DNA of 33,153 nt from a virus (IMGVR_UViG_3300011442_000019:1-33153); one strand, 5' to 3'; shown: positions 1-7,262, counted from the stretch's first letter. Made by a program: numbers and translations. Notes: generated by a model from the sequence alone, not told the origin.

Positions 1-140
1 ACCGCCGACCAAAAGACTCGCGGCAAACCTCAAAACTGGAATGCTGCTCGACCGGGCCGACACGAACCGCCTGCTCAAGAAACTCGAACGCATGGAATCT
101 GACGTGCCTGGCTGCGTCATCATGTGCGCGCAAATCCGCA

Positions 141-596
141 ATGTGCACCGGCGTGGCTGCTCCATCGAATTGTTCAGAGTCATCGGATTACGAAAGGTCT
201 CACTGCGATGTGCGCGGCTGCAAACAAAAAGACCGATGGCGCTGCTACGTCGCCGTCTTTCTTCCGGGAGAGGCGAAGCCGCTCTTCTCTCGATTCAAAG
301 ACTACGGATTCCGTAGTGTGTGCGACCTCCATCGCGAAACTCTCCGCCTGAAACCGCACCAAATAATCAAACTGGAGCATCTCCAATGGATCGCAAAAAG
401 CCGCACGAAGCCCAGTGAGCCAAGCTCGCAGAAGTTCAAGGTCGTGGTGGACTGGAGCATGGTGAGGGTGATGTGGAAACTCAACGGGTGGGAACAATCG
501 CAAGTAACGACCAAACGACAACAGAAAGAAAAACGACAACGCAAAGCCTTCCGAATGGAGGCGCAACTGTATGAACTCAAATCAAAACTTGGCTAA
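141..596 (+). CDS. Hypothetical cassette protein with Cys/His motifs (possible Zn-binding)
   Basis: 151-aa ORF that starts just inside attC0. Contains CDVRGC and CDLH motifs and overlaps the next ORF. Confidence 0.55.
   Translation: MCTGVAAPSNCSESSDYERSHCDVRGCKQKDRWRCYVAVFLPGEAKPLFSRFKDYGFRSVCDLHRETLRLKPHQIIKLEHLQWIAKSRTKPSEPSSQKFKVVVDWSMVRVMWKLNGWEQSQVTTKRQQKEKRQRKAFRMEAQLYELKSKLG
159..178 (-). mobile_element. Partial attC site (attC0), R''/L'' arm only
   Basis: Minus strand reads TCTGAAC-AATTC-GATGGAGC (R'', 5 nt, L''). Top 172-183 GTTCAGAGTCAT is the exact reverse complement of 1144-1155 ATGACTCTGAAC at the other end of the cassette. No matching second arm is visible. Confidence 0.6.
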
Positions 597-1131
597 AATA
601 TCTTCGGCTGCCGACTTGGCGCAACGCATCAAAAACGTCAGCAACGACCTGCTCGGAATCGCGCACGACTTGGTGCTCGCGCTCGACGCGAAGCCCGAAC
701 TGGCCGATGAACTCGAAGAAGTCGGCGTCAATCGTGAACTCATCCGGCGGCTCGAAAGGCTCGGGCGCGGCCAAATCCACCCGCAGCTTGTCTTCTCGAC
801 AACTCCGGGCGCGGAAAAACTGCTCACTGTCCCGCTCTCGGAACAGTCGCGCGCCTTGGAATCCGGCCTCGAAATAATGGACGATGACGAAACGACCTCG
901 CGGAATATCCCCATCAACGAACTCTCATCCGCGCAAGCGCAGCAGGCAATCAGCCGCGGTCGCATCCGCACGCTGGCCGAACAACGCACCTGGATACGGG
1001 ACAAGAAAAAGAAAGTCTCGCCGGTCTCGGCCAAGGAGGACTTCCGCATTTGCAGCGACCACGTAATCACGACGCGCCCCGGCAAATGGCCGAAGCGTCT
1101 CATTCTTCAATGGCTGATGGAGATGAGCTAA
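571..1131 (+). CDS. Hypothetical phage/cassette protein
   Basis: 186-aa ORF with protein-like helical composition that stops just before attC1. Confidence 0.75.
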   Translation: MNSNQNLAKISSAADLAQRIKNVSNDLLGIAHDLVLALDAKPELADELEEVGVNRELIRRLERLGRGQIHPQLVFSTTPGAEKLLTVPLSEQSRALESGLEIMDDDETTSRNIPINELSSAQAQQAISRGRIRTLAEQRTWIRDKKKKVSPVSAKEDFRICSDHVITTRPGKWPKRLILQWLMEMS

Positions 1132-1148
1132 CCGCGTGGGACTATGAC

Positions 1149-1247
1149 TCTGAACGCCAAACTGAGCGTATGACCACCGCGCCCGCGATGCCCGACTTTG
1201 CGAAAACCGTCAACGCGGTGGGCATTCGCTCCAGTGCTGGGTTGGAG
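1149..1247 (-). mobile_element. attC site 1
   Basis: Minus strand: CTCCAAC-CCAGC-ACTGGAGC-GAATGCCCACCGCG...CGCGGTGGTCATAC-GCTCAGT-TTGGC-GTTCAGA. An 8-nt L'' pairs with a 7-nt L', leaving an extrahelical base. Confidence 0.88.
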
Positions 1248-1364
1248 CGTCCTGTTCAAAACCTCAATAAAATCAAGGCTTCCGCCCTCCTAAAAATAAA
1301 TGTGATTTCGCTATTGACTACGGCAACCGCTTGCCGTAGTCTGTTTGCAGTTGAGGGCCAGTAA
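1170..1364 (+). CDS. Short ORF starting inside attC1 (may be non-functional)
   Basis: ATG at 1170 in the attC stem; 64 aa; runs across the promoter region. Confidence 0.3.
   Translation: MTTAPAMPDFAKTVNAVGIRSSAGLERPVQNLNKIKASALLKINVISLLTTATACRSLFAVEGQ
1314..1342 (+). promoter_or_regulatory. Sigma70-type promoter with overlapping palindromic operator
   Basis: TTGACT-17 bp-TAGTCT with an AT-rich upstream tract. A perfect 11-bp inverted repeat GACTACGGCAA-ccgc-TTGCCGTAGTC spans 1316-1341. Confidence 0.75.
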
Positions 1365-1383
1365 CCCGAGACAAAAAACGCGA

Positions 1384-1491
1384 ATGAAAACACTGACAAA
1401 GAAAGAAGCGGCAAAGACGGCGCACATGCTCACGAACAAAACCTGGCGCATCTTCGAGGCGGCGATCACGGGCGACAACACCGGCCTATGA
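1384..1491 (+). CDS. 35-aa peptide MKTLTKKEAAKTAHMLTNKTWRIFEAAITGDNTGL
   Basis: Read by hand because it is below the ORF-track cutoff. It follows the promoter and an A-rich leader and has an ATGA overlap with the next ORF. Confidence 0.6.
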   Translation: MKTLTKKEAAKTAHMLTNKTWRIFEAAITGDNTGL

Positions 1492-1694
1492 AAAATCGTG
1501 CCGCAGTCGCACTCGGAAAACTAGGTGGTCAAGCCGGGACTGGCGCTGCCAAAGCCCGCACGAGCAGCTTTACGAGCGCCAGCGCGAAGGCCGCGCTCGC
1601 CGCTCGATGGGCAAAAGCCAAACGCAAACCAAGGGCGTCCGTCCGGCGATCCAACGCGGAAGTGAGCCACGGCTCTGCCGCCAAAAACCTATGA
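1488..1694 (+). CDS. Small basic putative DNA-binding protein (KNxAAVALGxLGG...AARW type)
   Basis: Recognisable small basic motif. The C-terminus reads into attC2 and overlaps the next ATG. Confidence 0.7.
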   Translation: MKNRAAVALGKLGGQAGTGAAKARTSSFTSASAKAALAARWAKAKRKPRASVRRSNAEVSHGSAAKNL

Positions 1695-1747
1695 AAACAC
1701 AAAAACCGTCAACGGCAGAGCCGTTGGACTACACTGACTGGTTGGGC
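1649..1747 (-). mobile_element. attC site 2
   Basis: Minus strand: GCCCAAC-CAGTC-AGTGTAGT-CCAACGGCTCTGCCG...CGGCAGAGCCGTG-GCTCACT-TCCGC-GTTGGAT. L'' is slightly degenerate. Confidence 0.85.
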
Positions 1748-2077
1748 CGCGCCTCGAAAGTTGAGGTGTCGCTACTGCTGTTTCTGGAGACATGCGCCGT
1801 CGATAAGGGCGGCAAAATAGTGACGACTCACATGAACGCGGAAGACATGGAGATCGCGAAACGCTGGAATGAGGAGGGCTTCGTGAGCTTCGGACGAATC
1901 GCCTCCGAAGACATCAGCCAATACGGATCGCACTGGTGCAATCTAAGTGAGACGGCGTGGAAGTCGGTGGGGGCGGCTCGTCGAGCAAGAGCAATGCGTC
2001 AATGGGGAGCACGCAAATACACCACGACCGAAGAGAAACGCGAGCGGCCCAACGTGAAGTCCAGCGATGAGCGATAA
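1691..2077 (+). CDS. Hypothetical cassette protein (128 aa)
   Basis: ATG at 1691 in the attC2 loop after an A-rich tract; the stop codon lies inside attC3. Confidence 0.8.
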   Translation: MKTQKPSTAEPLDYTDWLGRASKVEVSLLLFLETCAVDKGGKIVTTHMNAEDMEIAKRWNEEGFVSFGRIASEDISQYGSHWCNLSETAWKSVGAARRARAMRQWGARKYTTTEEKRERPNVKSSDER

Positions 2078-2176
2078 ATGTCCAAACCACGTCCGCAGGC
2101 GGCGAGGGTGTCCGATCTGCGAGAGAATATCGGCGGCACTGGCGGAAAGCTCATTCGCTGCGACGCCTTGTTCACC
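2047..2176 (-). mobile_element. attC site 3
   Basis: Minus strand: GGTGAAC-AAGGC-GTCGCAGC-GAATGAGC...GCTCATC-GCTGGAC-TTCAC-GTTGGGC, with two extrahelical bases. Confidence 0.9.
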
Positions 2177-2333
2177 TGTAGCGGGCATCCTCTACGATGC
2201 AACCGCAGGCAACAACGACTGCAACGGCAAAATCGCTGTCACTACGGCGAACGACCCGATGCCAGACCTCAAGGAAGTGCTGCACGCCGACGACGTGGCA
2301 GCGGCAACAATCCCGGACTCGTCGAAAGCCTGA
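2067..2333 (+). CDS. Hypothetical cassette protein (88 aa, N-terminal CxxH/CxxC)
   Basis: ATG in the attC3 stem. An alternative frame (2078-2374) is also open, so the coding frame is uncertain. Confidence 0.5.
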   Translation: MSDKCPNHVRRRRGCPICERISAALAESSFAATPCSPVAGILYDATAGNNDCNGKIAVTTANDPMPDLKEVLHADDVAAATIPDSSKA

Positions 2334-2361
2334 CGATGTTCGGGCGCGGAGTGACTAAGCG

Positions 2362-2460
2362 CCCGAACGATTAGCTCTGCCATGAATGCCGCGCCCACAA
2401 CGCCCGCTCTCGCCAATGACGCCCAACGCGGCAGTCATTGGCAGCAGCGCATGGTTGGGC
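2362..2460 (-). mobile_element. attC site 4
   Basis: Minus strand: GCCCAAC-CATGC-GCTGCTGC-CAATGACTGCCGCG...CGCGGCATTCATG-GCAGAGC-TAATC-GTTCGGG. Confidence 0.9.
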
Positions 2461-3041
2461 GTCATTCGTGGTGCGTCCTGCATCATGCCGACTGTCTGGA
2501 CGTGCTGCCAATCACGGCTGACGCCGTAGTGACCGACCCGCCGTATGGCATCTACGCCTGCGGCGGAAAATGGGGAAAGAAGGCGCAACTCTACTGGGAC
2601 AAAGCCGCCGCTGAAATCTCCCCGCTGCTCGAACTCGCGCCGCTCGTGGCAATCTGGGGAGGCAACTACTTCGTGCTGCCGCCGTCGCGGGGCTGGCTCT
2701 CGTGGTGGAAACCTGACCGCGTGCCGAGTGCGGCTGACATGGAACTGTGCTGGACGAATCAGGACATGAACGCCCGCTCAATCAAATGGAGCATCGCGGC
2801 GACCAACGCCGAGCGCGTAGGACACCCGACGCAAAAGCCGGTGCGCGTGATGGCGTGGACGCTGGAACAACTCGGCGTCCCGAAAGGCGCAACCGTCCTC
2901 GACCCATACATGGGCAGCGGAAGCACCGCGATAGCCTGCATTCGCCTCGGCATGAATTTCATCGGCATCGAACGGGATGCCGCACACTACAAAACCGCGT
3001 GCGACCGTATCGCGCACGAACTAGATGGCGCGTTGCTATGA
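2382..3041 (+). CDS. Beta-class N6-adenine/N4-cytosine DNA methyltransferase (cassette)
   Basis: TDPPY catalytic motif, HPTQKP, and VLDPYMGSGST...FIGIE SAM-binding motifs. Confidence 0.93.
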   Translation: MNAAPTTPALANDAQRGSHWQQRMVGRHSWCVLHHADCLDVLPITADAVVTDPPYGIYACGGKWGKKAQLYWDKAAAEISPLLELAPLVAIWGGNYFVLPPSRGWLSWWKPDRVPSAADMELCWTNQDMNARSIKWSIAATNAERVGHPTQKPVRVMAWTLEQLGVPKGATVLDPYMGSGSTAIACIRLGMNFIGIERDAAHYKTACDRIAHELDGALL

Positions 3042-3043
3042 CG

Positions 3044-3073
3044 CCCGAACCATCTATAGGCAACTCCTGTTCG
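3044..3073 (-). mobile_element. Putative attI site
   Basis: GTT core (minus strand GTTCGGG) at the cassette boundary with no attC hairpin, directly upstream of intI. A similar sequence occurs at 29174-29203. Confidence 0.7.
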
Positions 3074-3076
3074 TAT

Positions 3077-4033
3077 ATGAAAACCCAAGAAGCCATCGAA
3101 AAACTCCGAGCCGTAATCCGGCGGAGACACTTCGCAGTTTCCACCGAGCAGAGCTACTGCGCCTGGCTTCCACGGTTCGCGCGCTTTGTCTCGGAACGCT
3201 GCCCCAGCGGATCGCCCGCGGAAAAAATGGAGGCCTTCTTGACGCAATTGGCCCGGCAAGACGTTTCCGCCTCCACGCAAAACCAAGCCTTCAATGCGCT
3301 GATTTTCTTCTACCGTGAAGTGCTGAAAGTGGAAGTCGGCAAAGTGGATTCGCTGCGCGCCAAAAAACCGGTCCATCTCCGCTATGCCCCGGAGCTCGGC
3401 GAGGTCCGGCAGTTGCTCGCCGCGCTCGAAGATGTCGGCGGCTACCCCACGCGGTTGATCGTGAAGTTGATTTATGGATGCGGCCTGCGCGTGACTGAGC
3501 CTTTGAACCTGCGCCTGAAAGATGTTTTGCTTTCGGAATCGAAGCTGATTCTGCGCGGCGCCAAAGGCGGCAAAGACCGCTTCGTTTCCATTCCCTGTTC
3601 GCTCACCGGCGAACTGGCCGCGCAAATGGAGTTCGGCAAATCCCTCGGCGAGCGTGACCGCCTCGCGCGGTTGCCAGTGGCGCTGCCGGGATTGCTCGCC
3701 AGCAAATATCCCCACTGGCAATTCTCGCCGAAATGGGCATGGCTGTTTCCGGCGCACCAACCCTGCGCGCACCCGCGCACGGGCGCGAGGGTCCGCTGGC
3801 GCTGTCACGAAGCCAACGTCCAGCGCTGCGTCCGCGCCGCCGCCCGGCCGATGGGCCTGGACATCACCCCGTATCATCTGAGGCACGCTTACGCGACGCA
3901 CTGCCTGAATGCCGGCCAGAATCCGCGCGCGATTCAACAGGCGATGGGGCATTCGCAACTGGAAACGACGATGGGCTATTTGCACGCCGAGGCGCTGGCC
4001 GTGCGCAGCCCGCTGGAATTTTCCACCGCCTGA
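3077..4033 (+). CDS. intI: Integron integrase (tyrosine recombinase), 318 aa
   Basis: N-terminal IRRRHFAVSTEQSY...VSASTQNQAFNALIFFY; catalytic motifs YGCGLR, KGGKDR, HLRH and GHSQLETTMGY; IntI-specific insertion WAWLFPA...HPRTGARVRWRCHE. ATG at 3077. Confidence 0.95.
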   Translation: MKTQEAIEKLRAVIRRRHFAVSTEQSYCAWLPRFARFVSERCPSGSPAEKMEAFLTQLARQDVSASTQNQAFNALIFFYREVLKVEVGKVDSLRAKKPVHLRYAPELGEVRQLLAALEDVGGYPTRLIVKLIYGCGLRVTEPLNLRLKDVLLSESKLILRGAKGGKDRFVSIPCSLTGELAAQMEFGKSLGERDRLARLPVALPGLLASKYPHWQFSPKWAWLFPAHQPCAHPRTGARVRWRCHEANVQRCVRAAARPMGLDITPYHLRHAYATHCLNAGQNPRAIQQAMGHSQLETTMGYLHAEALAVRSPLEFSTA

Positions 4034-4272
4034 TGCCCGCCCCGCAGCAAACCGAACTGCCCGCGCTGCCCTTCGAGAAATTGCTCTCGGCCAAGGAAGT
4101 CGCCGCCGAGTTTGGCGTGGATGAAGATTCCGTGTTGCGCTGGTGGCATGAGGGCCTGCCCACCGGCCGGGAAATTCCGCGCCGCTACATGCGCCGCCGC
4201 GGCTTCGCCGGCTACCTGTTTTTTCCCCAGGTCATCGAGTTCATCCGCGCCGAACAAAATTCCCTCGACTGA
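4033..4272 (+). CDS. MerR/excisionase-like helix-turn-helix protein (79 aa)
   Basis: LLSAKEVAAEFGVDEDSVLRWWHEG; TGATG overlap with the intI stop codon. Confidence 0.8.
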   Translation: MPAPQQTELPALPFEKLLSAKEVAAEFGVDEDSVLRWWHEGLPTGREIPRRYMRRRGFAGYLFFPQVIEFIRAEQNSLD

Positions 4273-4591
4273 CCGCTCCCTCACGGTCGCGGCTCCGTGG
4301 CATCCGCACCGTCCGTGTAACCCGTCTCTCCCGTCGTCTCCGCCTCAACCTTAGACGCTTTTGGGTTCCCCGTGGAACAATGCGCGTGCAATGAATGACA
4401 CGCGAATAATTTCCGGAGGGCCGGTGAGAAGTAACCTCCAACCGTTTCCTCCGGTGGGTCGTTCATTGCGCTCGCCGTCACCCTCCGCCTTTTCCCCTCG
4501 CCCCGGATCAGTGGGGTATTGGGTCAATGGATATTCCACCAATCCAACCCCTCCGGCCTCCGACCTCCGACCTCCGGTCTTGAGCAGTTGC

Positions 4592-5026
4592 ATGTCCTCC
4601 CGTCTTCCCTGCTTCGCGTCTTTGCTCCTTTGCGCCTTTGCGTTGAATTTCTCCGGCTGTTCGACCACGCCCGCCACGACCCAGCACCGCATCGAATCCA
4701 GTTGCAAGGTTGCTGCGTATCTCGGCACCGCCACCGCCCTGGCCGAGCATCCCGAATGGCGGGCCGGCTTCGTCACCGCCCGCGATCAACTCCACGTCCT
4801 CGAAACCGCCGACACCGTTGACTTCGTGACCCTGCTCGCCATCGTGCAGCAACTCCCGATCAAGGAATTGAAATCCCCCAACGCGCGCCTGGCCATCACC
4901 ACCGCCACGATCCTCTTGCAGGACTACGCGGGCGAACTCGCGCTCGACAATTTGCAGCAACTCAAACCCATCGCCGGGGCGCTCCGGGCCGGCATTGATC
5001 TCGGCCTGCTGCAAACGCCGCCCTGA
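4592..5026 (+). CDS. Putative lipoprotein (in the lysis-module position)
   Basis: Hydrophobic leader followed by an FSG-C lipobox-like motif; the start codon is uncertain. Confidence 0.65.
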   Translation: MSSRLPCFASLLLCAFALNFSGCSTTPATTQHRIESSCKVAAYLGTATALAEHPEWRAGFVTARDQLHVLETADTVDFVTLLAIVQQLPIKELKSPNARLAITTATILLQDYAGELALDNLQQLKPIAGALRAGIDLGLLQTPP

Positions 5027-5061
5027 CGCCTGACCCAAACTAAAACACCCAAAGGAACCTT

Positions 5062-5412
5062 ATGTTAACTCGCGGACCCATTATCGCCCCGACCGCCCGC
5101 CGCTGGTTTGACGCCGCCGGCCGCCCCAGTCCCGAACGGCTCGAAACCTCCACGGGCGTCGCCGAAGATTATAGCGACGTGGAAACCCTCATCACCGATC
5201 CAACGCAGGGACCCCTCGTCAAGCGCACGCCGGTCTTCGCGCCCGGCGAAATCGTAATCGTGCCCGTGCGCGTGCTGGGCCTGCCCGCCTTCGATGCGCC
5301 GGTGAACATTGACACCATCAAAGCCCCCGGCGCGGAGATGAGTTGCAAAGGCCCGATCACCGCGCTCGATGAAGGCAAACTGCCCGTGTTCTACCGCTCG
5401 GTGGCAGGTTGA
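5062..5412 (+). CDS. Hypothetical phage protein
   Basis: 116-aa ORF with an AAGGA/A-rich leader and phage-like codon usage. Confidence 0.7.
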   Translation: MLTRGPIIAPTARRWFDAAGRPSPERLETSTGVAEDYSDVETLITDPTQGPLVKRTPVFAPGEIVIVPVRVLGLPAFDAPVNIDTIKAPGAEMSCKGPITALDEGKLPVFYRSVAG

Positions 5413-5457
5413 GTCCGTCAGGGAGGGTAAAATCATTGGGCCGGGAACTGAAAAGCT

Positions 5458-5946
5458 ATGAACGACAAACCCACGACACGCAAGCCATCCACGCCGATCG
5501 CGAGACGGTCCGGATCATCCGCCAATTCATTGCCGGCTACGGCGGGCCGCGCAGCGCGGCGGAGCGTGATCGTCGCGCTCGCCATCGCCGTCGGCAGTTT
5601 ACTGCTCGGCAGCGCCCGCGCCCAGGCCGGCCAGCCGCCGCCGGAACCGCTCCTCAAGACCGCCTTTGAAGCCATCTGCCTTTCCGGGCACACGAACCAA
5701 CTCCGGCCCCTGACCGTGCGCGGCAACGGCGGACGCGCGATTCACGGCGGCATCGTCCGCGAAGTGACCCTCGGCTTCAAATGTCCCGATTGCCGCAAGA
5801 AATTTGAACAGGACGCGGAAGTGACCATTCCCAATTCCGCCATACGCCCCAAGGCGCGGATATTGAAGGCGGACAACCTGCCGCCCGCGCCGCCGCCGCC
5901 GCCGCTGCAATCCGCAATCCGCAATCCGCAATCCGCAATCCCGTGA
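5458..5946 (+). CDS. Hypothetical membrane or secreted protein with CxxC
   Basis: Hydrophobic segment and CPDC motif; the C-terminus is encoded by a CAATCCG tandem repeat. Confidence 0.55.
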   Translation: MNDKPTTRKPSTPIARRSGSSANSLPATAGRAARRSVIVALAIAVGSLLLGSARAQAGQPPPEPLLKTAFEAICLSGHTNQLRPLTVRGNGGRAIHGGIVREVTLGFKCPDCRKKFEQDAEVTIPNSAIRPKARILKADNLPPAPPPPPLQSAIRNPQSAIP

Positions 5947-6365
5947 TGTTCGCCCAAGCCCAACTCCCGGACCCGCACGCCTATGCCAGCATCGGCTGGG
6001 GCTGCGTCATCCTGGTCGCGATCATCATCGGCATCCGGCAGGGCATGGGCTTCATCCGCGATCTGAAAGACAAACCCTCGCCCGCGGAAGTGCTGCAAGC
6101 CGCCAGCGACCGCTTTGCCGAAAAGGAAATCCTCGAAGAACACATCGGCGAAACCAAACGCAGCTTCGTTGCCCTGCAGGAGGAGTTGAAACGGGACCGG
6201 CACGACAACCAGATTCACGCCTCCCAACGCAGCGCCGGCCTCTACAAGAAAATTGAGGAGACGCGCGAAAACCTCGAAGAGAAACTCGGCGATCTCGCCC
6301 GCGACGTGCAAAACGCCCCCGACCGCATCCTCGCCATTCTGCGCAATACGGGGAGGTTGAAATAA
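5943..6365 (+). CDS. Mu gp25-like membrane/coiled-coil protein
   Basis: N-terminal transmembrane helix plus coiled coil; lies directly before the gp26-like gene. Confidence 0.65.
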   Translation: MMFAQAQLPDPHAYASIGWGCVILVAIIIGIRQGMGFIRDLKDKPSPAEVLQAASDRFAEKEILEEHIGETKRSFVALQEELKRDRHDNQIHASQRSAGLYKKIEETRENLEEKLGDLARDVQNAPDRILAILRNTGRLK

Positions 6366-6638
6366 ATGAACCCGGCCGACCGCGAACACCTGCGTTTGAG
6401 TTTGCTCCGTTTCCTCGCGGAGAACCCCACGCGTTGGGGTTTCAACGCCGCGCTGCTTTTACAGATGGCCCGCAACGAAGGCCAGCGCGCCGCCAACCGC
6501 GAAGACATCGTGGCCGAACTCGAATACCTCGCGGACAAAAAGCTGGTCGCGCCGGTGCAAAAACAAATCAGCCCGGAGAACCGCGCCTGGCGCATCACCG
6601 CCGAGGGCCGCGATCACCTGGCGCAAATCGCCGAATGA
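6366..6638 (+). CDS. Mu gp26-like winged-helix protein
   Basis: RLSLLRFL...ELEYLADKKLV...RITAEGRD pattern and synteny. Confidence 0.85.
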   Translation: MNPADREHLRLSLLRFLAENPTRWGFNAALLLQMARNEGQRAANREDIVAELEYLADKKLVAPVQKQISPENRAWRITAEGRDHLAQIAE

Positions 6639-6646
6639 AACCCATG

Positions 6647-6719
6647 AAGCCTAAACTCAAAAACTCAAAAATCGCGACGGTGAACGGGCTTTCCTTTCTG
6701 AGTTTATGAGTTTCGGCTT
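6647..6719. repeat. Palindromic element, copy 1 (AGCC-AAACTCA...TGAGTT-GGCT)
   Basis: Inverted arms built from heptamer repeats; further copies at 20803 and 23582. Confidence 0.8.
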
Positions 6720-6734
6720 GATCTCCCCCGATGA

Positions 6735-7262
6735 ATGAGCGCCACCAAAAAACCCCGGGCCGACTCCGTGCTCAAGACGCTCCCGCCCGAACGCCAGGCG
6801 CAGATCGCGGACTACGCGCGCGATCATTCGCTCAAGGACACCCGCGCCTGGCTCGCGCTGGATTCCTTGACCACCTCCGAAGCCTCGTTGTCGGAATGGC
6901 TCTCCTGGCATTCGCTGCAACGGCAATTGCGCCGCAACGAATCCACGGTCGGAACGCTCCTGGAGAAACTGCAAGTCTCGCGCCCGGACTGGACCGCCGC
7001 GCAGATTCAATCGGTGGGCCAGAGCTTCTTCACCGCGCTGGCCCTGGAGCAACAGGACCCCAAGCAGTGGCTGATGATTCAGCAGACCTCGCTCAAGCGC
7101 GATCAGCTGGCCTTGGACAAAAACAAATTCGAGTTCGACGCCACCCGCGCGGCGCTGGCCAAGCTCCCGCAACTCAAAGCCATCTCGGCCAACTCCAAAC
7201 TGACGGAAGATCAGAAGCTCGAACAAGCCCGCCTCGAATTGTTCGGCGTGACTCCGGCCTGA
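6735..7262 (+). CDS. Mu gp27-like (DUF3486) putative small terminase
   Basis: S-x-L-x-x-LP N-terminus, HTH-like region and helical tail; precedes the large terminase. Confidence 0.75.
   Translation: MSATKKPRADSVLKTLPPERQAQIADYARDHSLKDTRAWLALDSLTTSEASLSEWLSWHSLQRQLRRNESTVGTLLEKLQVSRPDWTAAQIQSVGQSFFTALALEQQDPKQWLMIQQTSLKRDQLALDKNKFEFDATRAALAKLPQLKAISANSKLTEDQKLEQARLELFGVTPA

Noticed and set aside
2246-2344. Additional attC between GGCGAAC (2246) and GTTCGGG (2338)
   Set aside because: Core-like boxes are present but there is no L''/L' pairing or stem; at most a decayed relic.
2403-2420. ALAND motif in the methyltransferase N-terminus as a protease site
   Set aside because: A single occurrence in an attC loop of a non-virion protein; probably chance.
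1149-2460. CRISPR array
   Set aside because: The elements are structurally similar but not identical repeats, the spacers are gene-sized, and there are no cas genes.
2747-3076. 428-aa version of the integrase ORF
   Set aside because: The extension overlaps the methyltransferase gene and crosses attI; IntI-like sequence begins at ATG 3077.
3077-4033. Ordinary prophage integrase or Gin-like invertase
   Set aside because: It has the IntI-specific insertion and adjacent attC sites; Gin is a serine recombinase.
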